Shown piece after piece: positions 39,413-53,423 of a DNA stretch of 64,000 bases. Position 1 is the stretch's first letter. Every line of letters starts with the position of its first letter. Source of the DNA: Octopus vulgaris (lineage: Eukaryota); contig OX597836.1 of assembly GCA_951406725.2 (NCBI GenBank), positions 39,990,001 to 40,054,000 on the forward strand. The letters are read 5' to 3'. Both the position numbers and the translations under genes were made by a program. The notes below the pieces were generated by a model. It was given only the letters and a program-made list of their open reading frames with translations. It ran no database searches and had not been told where the DNA came from.

Positions 39413-39580
39413 ATATGCGACAATTATTCGGTAGCCAAAATAAAACTCTGAGTTTCGTATGCCGAGGTGAAAATCCGTTTTTCCGATGGCCGGATAACTG
39501 AAGAGATGGTGGTGTGGATTTCCACCTCGGCATCCGAAACTCAGAGTTTTATCTTGGCCACCAAATAATTGTCACATATA
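39413..39580. repeat. Fold-back element (~64-bp arms) containing a hammerhead-like motif
   Basis: Arms 39413-39476 and 39516-39580. Plus strand 39493-39553 reads GAUAA-CUGAAGA-GAUG..CAUCC-GAAA-CUCAGAG-UU-UUAUC. Confidence 0.75.
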
Positions 39581-39585
39581 TCATA

Positions 39586-39780
<195 letters not shown>

Positions 39781-39803
39781 AGTAAAATATAAACAAGTAA
39801 AGG

Positions 39804-39838
<35 letters not shown>

Positions 39839-39855
39839 CAAATATGTATGTATAT

Positions 39856-39886
<31 letters not shown>

Positions 39887-39899
39887 CATATATACATAT

Positions 39900-39930
<31 letters not shown>

Positions 39931-40323
39931 AGTATACATATATATATATGTATACATATATATATATATATACATATATATATTCATATATAAATATGTG
40001 TGTGTATGTATGTATGTATATATATATATAGTTGAGATTTACAGCAAAAGAAAAGACAATAACAGTTGTATACATATATATATATATAAAGGCGTGGGCC
40101 TGCGTGTGAATATGTATAAACATATGTGTTGGCATTAGCATTCTGTATATCATAATTAACGTAGATATAATGTTGAAATCCTGCACTGCGGAATGATATA
40201 CAAAATTTTGTGCCCAAATTGGCCAAATACTTCTTCCGTCGTTAATAACGAATACATACATATACTTATATACAGACATACATACGTACATGCTTAGACA
40301 CATACACACATATAGACAGACAA

Positions 40324-40392
<69 letters not shown>

Positions 40393-40428
40393 GAACTGGA
40401 TTGATGGATAGATAGATAGAGAACTGGC

Positions 40429-40497
<69 letters not shown>

Positions 40498-42284
40498 GGA
40501 TGGATGGATAGACAGACAGACAGACAGATAGATAGATAGATAGATAGATAGATATATAGATAGATAGATAGAGGCACGGATATACAGCTAGATAGATATA
40601 TAGACGTATATATATATATATATATATATATACATAGACGTGAGTATATATATATGTCTATGTATGTATGTATGTGTGTTTGTGTGTTTCTCTGTATCTC
40701 TCTCTCTCTCTCTCCCTGTATCTCCTTCTATCTGTCTATCGATCTGTCTTTCGGTCTGTCTGTCTCTGCCCCCTCTCTCCCTTCCCCTCTGTCTTACTCT
40801 GTGTATGTTTTGAGCGATATCAAGGTTAATAGCTAAGCAGAAAGACGATTATAAATATCACAAATTTACTGTCTGAAAATCGGAGTACATACCAGCATTG
40901 TCTAACATTAACTTGTTACAACGTTTCTTATGCAATATGCGTATTATGTAACGGGAGCCTTTGTTGGCAAAACTATGTTATCTATTACATTGACACGTCC
41001 TTAATTCTTCTTTAAAAGCATCATCCGGTATTTCTGCTTGAATTGTGCTACAGATACATTTCCTCTCGGCAGAAGGATTAAAAATGCATGTATGTGTAGC
41101 GTGTTTACTGTATACATACATGCATACATGCATACTTGCATACATACATACATACATACAAACATACATACATACATACATACATACATACATACATACA
41201 TACATACTTACATACACACATACATACATACATATACATATATATACATATATATATATACATATATATATGTATATATATATACATATATATATATATA
41301 TGCATATATACTATATACTCACACATGCATATATGCATAAATATATTTATCTATATATACGTCTACACACACACACACATATATATATATATACATACAC
41401 ACATACACATATACACATATGTATATACATATGTACATATGCATGTACACATATATACATAAATATTTGCATATATATAATATAATATATATACATACCT
41501 ACGTATATACATACATGTATTCATACGTACATACTTGCATACATACATACATACATACATACATACATACATACATACATACATACATCCTTTGCAAAAA
41601 GAAATTCTTGCACGGAGAAATATTCCCGTTATATTTACGAAATATATATTTATATCTCTAATATATACATAACATAAATATATTCGTGTATGCAGAGCCC
41701 GATAACAAAAAATACTGTCTTACTTCTCTTTTATGCTTTGCAAACATAACGACAGAATGTAGACAGCAGGACCCTGCAGCCGTTGATGGCGGAGAATATT
41801 TACATAATATTAAAATTCCAGTATTTTGTCTCCTGCCTATAAAGATAGTAGTTAAAATCGATGTGTCCCCTTCATTATTGCCTACATATTTGTTTGACTA
41901 TTTGTTTGTTTGTTTGTTTTTGTGTCTTTTTTCTACTTCAATTTTTGAAACAGGAATCTCTTTCCGAAATATTATTTCAATAAAGTAATAAAACAAAGAA
42001 GAATAAATAAATATATAAATAAATAAAACTGTTGTATCATAATATCCCGATGACTACCATCACAACAAATCTATCACTACAAACATCATCATCACAAATC
42101 CTAAAGCTTTGAAAATATGAATAACTATGAATCCAACATGTCGGAGAAATGGACGAAGAATAATATAGATTCTGACTCGACACTAGCCTTCATCTTGACA
42201 GTAGTGTTTATTTTGCATTGACCTCCACAGCAAAATCGACATTCGTCTTGTCATTGGCGATCATTACAACCTTGAACTCCATCT

Positions 42285-42545
42285 TGATGCTGACGTTTGT
42301 TTTGACGTTGGCATTCGTCTTGGCGTTGACGTTTGTTTTGACGTTGACGTTCGTCTTGACGTTGACGTTTGTTTTGACGTTGACATTCGTCTAGACGAAC
42401 GTTTGTTTTGACGTTGACATTCGTCTTGACGTTGACGTTTGTTTTGACGTTGACATTCGTCTTGACGTTGACGTTTGTTTTGACGTTGACATTCGTCTTG
42501 GCGTTGACGTTTGTTTTGACGTTGACGTTCGTCTTGACGTTGACA
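42285..42545. repeat. 18/36-bp minisatellite (TTGACGTTGACGTTTGTT / TTGACGTTGACATTCGTC)
   Basis: About 14 alternating 18-mers, with degenerate TTGAC-rich flanks over ~42170-42830. Confidence 0.9.
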
Positions 42546-44410
42546 TTCTCAGTAATACTGTCATTCATCTTGACGTTAATCTCTGTCCTGCGATTGACGC
42601 TCATCTTGACTTTGACTTTCCACATTTATCTTGACTTTGACCTTCATGTTGACATCGATCTTTTTCCTTGAGACTGCGTTCATCTTGATATTGACCTCCA
42701 CAAGTGACACTGACATAAATCTTGACACTTCCGTTCGTTTTTACATTGATCTTCAGCATGACATTCGCCTTGACCTTAAAATTAACTTTTACCTTATCAT
42801 TGATGTTCAATTCGATTTTAACGGTTACATAACACTCTATAACATCGAATACAGTGAACCAGTTATTGAAATAGAGTCCGTGCCACCATAAAAAAATAAA
42901 CAGGCCTTTCCATTCAATACTCAACAGTGGATAGGATACCAATAATACAACAAAAACCTGTTATAGATCGTCAGTCGAACTGCTAGAAGCAGTAACCAAA
43001 TCACCTTCAAATCTCATTTTACAGTTCTATGAAAACAGCCACATAGATTGGATTAATGTAGTCATGGCTACATAATATGGGATACTATCAATAATAAATC
43101 AACTGGATCTAGGGCTAAACAACAACAGAGCGTTGTTTCTCTGGTGCCTCTAGTTTCGTGTTGGGGTGGTTCCATTCTTCATTAACGGGATTGCATTATT
43201 CATCGCAGTATTTGTTCTGTTTGGGACATGGAAAAGGCGTAACTATTTGTTATTCGTTTTCTTCATCTTTATTTTTATTTTTATTTCGAGCATATTTCTC
43301 CTCTTTCTGTAGTGTTTTTTGTTTATTTTCATTGTTGCACTTTCTAAAAATTTTTTCTTTCCTTTCCTTTCCCAACTTTTGTTTCACCTTCTTTATTATC
43401 CGATAATATTTAGCATCGATATGTATTTAAAACACAGTATAACAAATCAATATTATACACTCCATTCATATCTCCACCGAATGTATACACAATATTCTCT
43501 TCTCCAATATTTCACTGACCAACAATACAATTGAGCTGGTGTATAGTCACGCTGTTATTTTTACCTGTTGCTTTTTCTAGTTGTTGTTCATGATGATTAT
43601 GATGATGATGATGATGATGATGATAACGAGGAGAAGGAGGGGAGAAGGATTTGGTGTTAAGTAATAATATTGACATTTGCTAATTTTTGCCGAGTGCACG
43701 ACCCCAGCTGTGCAGCTGCGGATTTATGTGATTGTGTGTGCATATATATATATATGTGTGTGTGTGTGCTTGTGCGATATGTGTGTGTGTCTGTGAGAGA
43801 GAGAGAGAGAGAGAGCGTGTGTGTGTGTGTAAAATACAAAAATAGGACAAGAGCGCAAAACATCCAGACAGTTAGGTGATACGAAAAAAGGGGACAACAA
43901 AACAATCAGACTATGCAAAGAAAACAAGGACGGGTCATTCGGAGTTTTCTTTCCTCAGTCGAGTTCCAGATTATCTTTACAAATTCCGCTGGTTATACTC
44001 GAGATTGCTCCAATCTGGCCAGTCCAAGGAAAAATAAAGCTAAGAGGACTAGATTCCTTGGAAGAAAGCAGCGAATGTATACGAAAAGAAGGACATAAAA
44101 AACAGAGAAATGGTACACAACGAACTGGATATTACCAACGGGTTTCTTTGGACTGTTGAATTAAATTAAGCTGGCGTGTGTGGAAGTAAAGCCTTACGGC
44201 AGGGACATTCTTTTCCTCTTTTACCTTTTTCAGTTATTTGACTGTGGCCACCTATAGTCGAAGAAATCCATTATTTTTTTAAAGCCTAATACTTATTCGA
44301 TCGGTCTCTTTTGACGGACCGCTAAGTTTCGGGGACGTAAACATACCAGCATCAGCTTTCAAGCAATGGCGGGGGGAGGACAAACACACAAACACGCACA
44401 CACACACACG

Positions 44411-44463
<53 letters not shown>

Positions 44464-44879
44464 TAAATCGTCCAACCGCTTTAAAAACCTTCAGAAAATG
44501 ACACACATGTTGAAATCGGGGCATTTATATGTATATATATAAGAAGCGGCGATGACAAGGGAAATAAGCAATTATATTATGAACCTCATTAGCTTACAGC
44601 TATTTCTGATACTGTGATCATTCATAGCTTATAAATTAAGGGTTTGCATCCTTGTAATTCTCGAGCTTTGTTGAGAAACGCTTGACGAATGACTCTACCA
44701 TGAATTAATTGATTAATTAATTATGCATACACACCATCACATGGTTGAATTACATTTATGCAAACGTTTTGGATCATATAAGAGGATGTGAACTCGCCGC
44801 TTTCTGCTCCTAATTATATCAACAGCACATACATCACCAAAACTCACCTGCAGTACAAGTACCAGGTCACTTTAACACA

Positions 44880-45855
44880 TTCCTTTTACATTACCACTAC
44901 TAATATCAATAGGGCTTCGTGAGCAATCACCGCAACTAACACTAGTACTACAAGCATTACAACCATCATCACGATAAAAACCACCAGCAACGTCAGAAAC
45001 ACAGCAACCACTGGCACCAACGAACAGCAACGTCATCTCTGTGAATGCCGCCACAATATCCGGACTTGACACGGCAATGAGCACTAACAATACTAACGCT
45101 ACCCTAACACCACAGGCACCATAAACACTACAACCGCTACAATTTCCACCACCAACAATATCAACATCAAAAACACAGCCAATGCTACCACAGGCATCAA
45201 CACCACCACTATAGTGATCCTGATGACAATCACCATTATCACCACCATATCTACTACCACCATCTTCATTATTACTTTCCGCAAACCGTCACTGCTATGA
45301 CCAAAACCGCCACCACCATCACCATACCACTATCACACCACTGTAATTACTATCATGACCATCAGGACCATCGCCACCACCACAACCACTATCACCATCA
45401 CCATCCATCTCCACAATTACTATGACTACCACAAACCACCTCCGCCATTACCAACACTACCATCACCACCACCACCACCTCTACCACTACCACCACCACC
45501 TCCACCACTACCACTACCACCACCACCACCACCACCACCACCACCACCACCACCATTTCCACCACCACTGCATCCCACCACCACCACCACCACCACCACC
45601 ACCATTTCCACCACCACTGCATAAACTACCTCCACCAATAGCAAACAATATCGTCATCACCATCACAGCCACCGCCTCCAACATCACCACCATCCCCACC
45701 ATTACGACTACCACGACAACTACCGTCCACCAACATCACCGCTACCGCCACGATCATCACCACCACCACCACAACACTACAACCAATACCACCATCACCC
45801 TCACCATCACCATCACAACCACTTCTACCAACATCACCACCACCACCACCACTGG
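44880..45855. repeat. Degenerate (ACC/CAC/ACT)n low-complexity tract
   Basis: Direct reading; it yields the poly-T, poly-H and poly-P ORFs in all frames. Confidence 0.85.
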
Positions 45856-46168
45856 TATGTTTCAGTAAATCATACCAGTCATGCCAAACTAGTTCTATAA
45901 CATAATCCATTTACCCACAGTCCCTATCGTCAGCAGGAAAAACGAAACGCACTTCCAGACGAATTCCAACTGAGTCCTGTCCGGTTTTTACCATAAACTT
46001 GAAATCACCTGCCTCACACCTCTGCTCTCCTATTTCCTATATATATACATGTATGTGTGTGTGTATGTGTATTTTCAAATATATTTGTGTGTGTGTGTGA
46101 GTGTATATTTGTGTGTATATATGTATATATATGTGTGAGTATATATGTATGTGTATGTGTATGTGTGT

Positions 46169-46220
<52 letters not shown>

Positions 46221-46530
46221 TATTTCTCCCGACCATCATGCAGAATCGATAACGCGAGTTCGCTATTGTGCAAATCGTTAAGCATAAATAGAGAATAGAA
46301 GAGCACACAGACAGACACACGGACCTATACATACACATAACACACACAAACACACACAAATACGCGCACACATAAATATATTATATGTATTTTCAGTTGG
46401 TGTATATAGATAGACAGATACACACACATCTATATATAGATACACACATACACAGACATCTATATATATAGACACACACATACACACACACATACACACA
46501 CTCACACACACACATATTATACTGTTTTAG

Positions 46531-46907
46531 TTGTTTCAGTCATTTGACTGCGGCCATGCTGGAGCACCGCCTTTAGTCGAGCAAATCGACCCCAGGACTT
46601 ATTCTTTGGAAGCCTAGTACTTATTCCATCGGACTCTAACTGCTAAGTTACGGGGACGTAAACACACCAGCATCGGTTGAAAAGCGATGATGGGGGGACA
46701 AATACAGACACACAAACATATACACACATATATATATACATATATACGACGGGCTTCTTTCAGTTTCCGTCTACCAAATCCACTCACAAGGCGTTGGTCG
46801 GCCCGAGGCTATAGTAGAAGACACTTGCCCAAGGTGTCACACAGTGGGACTGAACGCGAAACCACACGACTAATCCTGCGCCTATCCACACGGCCACTCC
46901 TGCGCCT
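46531..46907 (-). mobile_element. SINE family B, near full length
   Basis: Family B 3' part and head on the minus strand. Confidence 0.85.
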
Positions 46908-46972
46908 ATACATATAAGACCCAAGTTAAGAATAATGTTCATTACATATAGTTCCTTTATTTGAGCAAATCA

Positions 46973-47059
46973 GGCTTACAGCTGTTTCCAGTAATTATTA
47001 TAGGTACATTACTGATAGGTTTACTCAATTGATCTACTGAGGCTACTTTCGTCAGAGCC
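46973..47059 (-). ncRNA. Type I hammerhead ribozyme-like motif
   Basis: Minus strand: GGCU-CUGACGA-AAGUAG..UUACUG-GAAA-CAGCUG-UA-AGCC. Stem III is the palindrome ACAGCUGU and the triplet is GUA. The first stem II pair is mismatched. Confidence 0.65.
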
Positions 47060-47468
47060 ATTCCTGGACATAAGCAGAAGGATTGCTATATTGTGAGGAC
47101 GGTGGGGAAAGATGGCGATGTTCAAGTAAAATGGGGAACAGGAGGAGACAGGTTACAAAGTGGTGGACACAAGAAAGGGAGTCGCGCGGGAGTCACTTAA
47201 TAGAAATAGGGGCATTGTATTGGTATATTTGGAAACGGAGCAGTCTCAACCATGGGTCAGCACATATTAATTAGCATTGTATATGGGTTGGGTGCTCTCC
47301 AGCTTTTGCGTTGGACTTTGATTTGGGCTTTTCATGGACGTGTAAAACCTAGTTTATCTGGAGCCCTTACACGGATTTACAATATAGGATTATGATAAAC
47401 CATAACCTGGGACCTTGCCAAATGATTACCTGCATTTCTTGAATACATACATACATACATGCAAATAA

Positions 47469-47531
<63 letters not shown>

Positions 47532-47550
47532 TATATATGCATGAAGTGAA

Positions 47551-47581
<31 letters not shown>

Positions 47582-48613
47582 TATGCATAAAGTGAAATAT
47601 ATATATATATATATATATATCTTTATATATGTATACATGTATTTATATATATTTTCATATATACATTTATATTTGTGCGAGTACGTTTATGTGTATGTAT
47701 ATATCGTGCCTATATATATATATATATATATATATGAGTATGTCTGAATATACATATATGTATGTGTGTGTGCGTGTGTATATATATATATGCGTGTGTG
47801 TGTCTACTTGTGTGAAAATGAGATAAAGCGAATTACTTAAACTTTTAAATAAATACTTAAATCGGGGATGTATTGAATTTGAACGGAGTGCATTTTTAAT
47901 TAAATGAATTATTGAATAATATTAAATAATATTTTTTTATATACATTTGTTGTTTTCAATTGTTTTCTAAGTTGAAAGGTCAAGTCTTTCGCATAGCTAT
48001 TTTTCAGTGTTGATAACTTATTGCTTCACAAAAGAAAAAAAAGACAGAAATTGAACTTATATTATTCATTGAATTAATTTATACTGTATGTAACAGAATC
48101 AATGTCAAATAAAGTCTAACAGTTCTATTGAATAATTAAATAATATTTAAAACCTACCGGCAAATAGTATGATCTCTCAAAGAAAAGAGAAGATAATTGA
48201 ATGAAATTAAGAATTACTCTATTATAATTTATTTTCTAAGCATGTTTGATCTGTGTCAACTGTCTGATTTCGGCCATCTCCCCTTTTCTTTGATTATTTC
48301 TAACAGTTGTTAATAGTTGTATTTTCCTTCTCCAAATAAGTGAGACAGTTCATTTAATGAAACAGTTTTAGAGAAAGTTATTCAATACATCACTGTCTAC
48401 CAGAATTATCTAATTAATATGTGCTGACCTATGGTTGAGACTGCTCCGTTTCCACATATACCAATACAATGCCCCTATTTCTACTAAGTGACTCCCTCGC
48501 CACTCCCTTACTTGTGTCCACCACTTTGTAACCTGTCTCCTCCTGTTCTCCATTTTACTTGAACATCCCCATCTTTTCCCATCTTTCCCCAACATGAAAT
48601 ACGAAATCAAATG

Positions 48614-48819
48614 ACGAGAGAAACAAATGGTAAGAAAGGACAAGTAACATAAAGAACGACCCTTCATCAGTTGTTGGCCGGCCGCCTATCTGCTCCTCAT
48701 TTCGAGCATTGAATGACAATATGACTCTTCGAAATGGGGAGTAGATAGGCGGCCGGCCAACAACTGATGAAGGGTCGTTCTTTATGTTACTTGTACTGTT
48801 TTCTATTTGTTTCTCTCGT
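48614..48819. repeat. Long inverted repeat (fold-back)
   Basis: 52-bp perfect core (48640-48691 versus 48743-48794), extending with mismatches to ~90-bp arms around a ~23-nt loop. Confidence 0.9.
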
Positions 48820-48923
48820 TGCTTGCGTATTGAACTCCTTTGCTTTCTCATTTCATGTTGTTTGCTCTTGGTGACGTCTTGCACCCATATATGCATATGT
48901 GTGTATATATACATACACACACG

Positions 48924-48988
<65 letters not shown>

Positions 48989-49081
48989 TTCAGCAAAATT
49001 TAGATTCAGATAAATATGGTACTTAAGTTAAAGGTACCAGAATTTGGTATGGTATTATCCATAAATATCAAGTGGGGTCAT

Positions 49082-49149
49082 TATAATCAAAATAAGCAAC
49101 AAGGATATCCAAGGTACCTTGGATATCCTTGTTGCTTATTTTGATTATA
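49082..49149. repeat. 68-bp perfect spacerless palindrome
   Basis: TATAATCAAAATAAGCAACAAGGATATCCAAGGT|ACCTTGGATATCCTTGTTGCTTATTTTGATTATA. Confidence 0.95.
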
Positions 49150-49344
49150 TATATATATATATATATATATTTATTATATAGAAGGAGTTTACAGACTAGT
49201 ACTGTTTCATTCAAGAGAAATCTTCAGGAAATCCTGAAGATTTCTCTTGAATTGTCCTGTAAACTCCTTCTATATAATAAATTAATTTTACTCTGCTATG
49301 TATTGAGTACCTTACTTACTGTGGTTACCCGAATCAACCCGGGA

Positions 49345-49406
<62 letters not shown>

Positions 49407-49600
49407 TATTTATTATTATTATATTATATATTATTATTAATTATTAATTAATGATTTTTTTGGCTAATTTTGAAATTAAATCGGCAGTTTATATTTACTG
49501 GTGAGAAACCGCGCGAGTGTAGTGGATTTTGAAAAGTTATAGCATATAGACTCGAGGCATGTTTATTATGGCCTCGTGGATATAGGGTAGTCCTTAGCTT

Positions 49601-49680
49601 TTCTGCTGAAGAGGCGACGCCAGTGGTAAATAAATTTATTTTATTTACAAAAGATTGCCGAAACTATGCATAGTCCAGAA
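49601..49680 (+). ncRNA. Type I hammerhead ribozyme (canonical core)
   Basis: UUCUG-CUGAAGA-GGCGA..UUGCC-GAAA-CUAUGCAUAG-UC-CAGAA. Stem I is 5 bp, stem II is 5 bp plus a distal 9-bp helix, and stem III is the palindrome ACUAUGCAUAGU. The GUC cleavage site is at C49675. Confidence 0.8.
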
Positions 49681-49796
49681 CGGAGAGGGTAAACGTTTTT
49701 ATTTCTCTTTCCATTTCAGAATTACAACTATTAATGAAAGCTGCTCTTTCTAGTGAATCGGATGTCCTATTATAGCCATCCCTTATATGTTTGAAT

Positions 49797-49884
<88 letters not shown>

Positions 49885-50596
49885 GTATATATACATATAC
49901 AGACAGACATATATTCTTTACACATTGATAGATAGTAGATACATACTATATACATACTTTCACATATACATATATATATATATTTATATATATTTATTCC
50001 TATGTATATACATATGAATGTAAACACAGATATACACACATATACACATATATAAAATATATGTTTATGCTGGGTGCGTGTATGTATGTACGTGCATGCA
50101 AGTGTGTGTGCGGCTCTCTGTCTAAGAACATGTATCTGCGTGTGCTTGGCTTGTTGAAGCGCGTGTGTATGTGTTCGACTATTCGTACTCTACACCGATC
50201 CGTTGTATTTCCCCCGTCCTGGACGTCGATGAAATACAACTTGAAGGTGACGGGTTGAATAAACATTCTATTGATTATTATTAAACACACTGTTTAACCT
50301 TTTGGCTCTTTCTGGATACAGTTTCATCAATCTAACAAAGATGAGAAGGAAAGCATTATCAAGGTGTGTGTGTGTGTATTTTTTTTTCCCCCTGTTTTGT
50401 TATTAAACATTAGCCATTTCTTGGCTAATGGGGCTGATTGTCTCATTAAGAAGAATATATTGCTGTGTAATGATAGCTGAGTATAGAGGTGTATATTACT
50501 CTATGAGGCTCTGTACACATATATTACGAGTACATAATACAAATACATAAAATATACATATACCCCTATACATGCAGACATATATGTATATACGTT

Positions 50597-50650
<54 letters not shown>

Positions 50651-50651
50651 A

Positions 50652-50692
<41 letters not shown>

Positions 50693-50799
50693 TATGATTA
50701 TATACACATTTACATATATGCATATATATAAGTGTACATATACACGCACATACACACTCATGTATATACATACATACTTGATGTAAGTATATATACGTA

Positions 50800-50897
<98 letters not shown>

Positions 50898-51059
50898 CCA
50901 TATATGAAGTATGTTTGTGTGTGTGTGTGTGTACGCAAACGGAAAAACCTACTTTTTCTGTTGAGGGCTTATATGTACCATTGTTAGAGTATTTTCTGTA
51001 GTGATGGCGCGGTAATCGCTATAGGCATTAAGCTTACAAATACTATCATTATTTTTGTA

Positions 51060-51257
51060 TTTAGGAACGGTCATTTTGCCAGTTTAGCCAATAAAAGCAC
51101 ACGAACTATATATTTGGTGTTAATTTGCTTCAGCTTTATATATTTTTTTACATTAATCTTAATCTTATTTCGGCCAGAGTTCTTTCGTCACACTTCTGTG
51201 ACCTCATCAGTGGTCCTTTGCTTTCTTCTTTCTTATTTGGTTGTCTCTCCTTACTAA
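51060..51257 (-). mobile_element. Single copy of the 12980-13192 element with an intact hammerhead core
   Basis: Minus strand 51213-51174: CCA-CUGAUGA-G-GUCAC-AGAAGU-GUGAC-GAAA-GAAC-UC-UGG. Confidence 0.65.
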
Positions 51258-51553
51258 CGGTCAGTCATTTTGTATTTTGATAAGCAAATTTTGGTAAACA
51301 AGGCGGGGAAAATAGTACTCGAATACTGAAGGTAGAGCAACGTGATTACAGTGAAACCACAACTGTCCGACGAACGGGAATGTGAAATTCTGATTAACAG
51401 GTTTTGTGATGATTTTGCGGCTTTAATACAAAAGTGTGTGTGCGTGTGTGTGTGTGATATATACATGTGTCCGTTTGTATATATGTGTGTGCGCTGTCTT
51501 TGTGATTGTGCTCTCACCCCACCCATTTGACAATCAGTATTGGTTCGCTTAAG

Positions 51554-51780
51554 GCGAGCTGGCAGAAACGATAGCACGCCGGGCGAAATGCGTAGCCGCA
51601 TTTCGTCTGTCGTTACGTTCTGAGTTCAAATTCCGCCGAGGTCGACTTTGCCTTTCATCCTTTCGGGGTCGATTAAATAAGTACCACTTACACACTGGGG
51701 TCGATATAATCGACTTAATCCGTTTGTCTGTCCTTGTTTGTCCTCTCTGTGTTTAGCCCCTTGTGGGTAGTAAAGAAATA
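51554..51780 (+). mobile_element. SINE family A with 18-bp TSD, nested in an old family B 3' half
   Basis: AGTATTGGTTCGCTTAAG occurs at both 51536-51553 and 51781-51798. Confidence 0.92.
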
Positions 51781-52357
51781 AGTATTGGTTCGCTTAAGCC
51801 TCCCCCAATCCCCAAAGTTAGCAGATAGGGAATAGAAACCACTTGGATATGTAACAAACTAGAATACATAACATGCACGAAAAGCGCTCATGCCCAGTAT
51901 GGCCGCAGTCCACTGACTGGAACATGTTAACGACAAAAGATAAAACATGCATATATTATCTGATAAAAGAACCTTTACTTAATACAGAAACAGGAAAATT
52001 TCACTGCACTTTCTAGTGGGCCAAACAACTACTTTCATTCTCCCGTTATTGGCAACAAATAATCCGTTATTCTCTGTGGAATCTGAAGATAGTTGGAAGG
52101 AGTAGAGTGGTCTCATAGATTTCTTTCACATTTTCTCTCCTCGCACACTTGAGAATTTCCATTAAAATCAAATAGCAATCAAAATCTCTCTCGCATAATC
52201 AATGGTTCTGAGTGTCTCTGCGGTTAATCGGAATTCTTAATTAAGATTTAAAACCACTGCATCATTGTATTTCGGATTGTTGGTCGATGACCTAATGTGC
52301 ATTACATATATATATATAAATATATGTGTATATATGGAATGTGTGTGCCTTTTCTTG

Positions 52358-52390
<33 letters not shown>

Positions 52391-52573
52391 TGTATGTATG
52401 TATGTATGTATGTATGTATGTATGTATGTATGTATGTATGTATGTATGTATGTATATATGTATGTGTGTGTATGTATGTATGTGTGAATGTATGCATGTA
52501 TGTATGTATGTATGTATGTATATGTGCGTGTGCTTGTATGTGTGTACTCATATATGCATGCATGTAAATATGC

Positions 52574-52627
<54 letters not shown>

Positions 52628-52661
52628 GTATGTACGTATGTATGTATATATATGTACATTA

Positions 52662-52712
<51 letters not shown>

Positions 52713-52818
52713 CATCATCATTGTTATTATTATTATTATTATTGTTGTTGTGGTTGTTGTTTTTGTTTTTGTTGTTGTTCTTCTTATTATTATTATTATC
52801 ATTATTAATATTATTATA

Positions 52819-52868
<50 letters not shown>

Positions 52869-53387
52869 GATTATTATTATTATTATTATCATCATCATTA
52901 ATATTATCATTATTATTATTATTATTGTTGTTATTATTATTATTATTAGAGTGCGCACTAAAATCATATCGAATATTATTCAGTAGTGAATGGGCAACAG
53001 CAGAGTTATTATAAATAACTAATTTCAATAAAATCGAAGAGACAGCACAAAATTAAGATATACCAACATTTGCGGCTGGCGATTTTGATGATTCGCCAAA
53101 TGAAGCAGCAATAAATTGCGACTTCGAAGTACCTCTTCAACTTGCTTCGCGCCATGTCCCAACACCACCAGCACTGTGACAGATTTCTTCACCCAGTTAC
53201 TTGTGAGGTCGACAGATGTAGTTAGCCGCGTCTATCTATGTAGCTATCTAGCTATCTATTTATTTATCTATCTATCCATCCATTAATCTGTCAACCTATT
53301 TATTTATATATCTACATATCTATCTGTCTGCCTGTGTTTCTGTTTATCTATGTATCTATCTATCCATCAATATATATATATATATAT

Positions 53388-53423
<36 letters not shown>

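Noticed and set aside
44872-45910. Mucin-like or His/Pro-rich ORFs
   Set aside because: Degenerate (ACC)n tract with stops and no splice or domain support.
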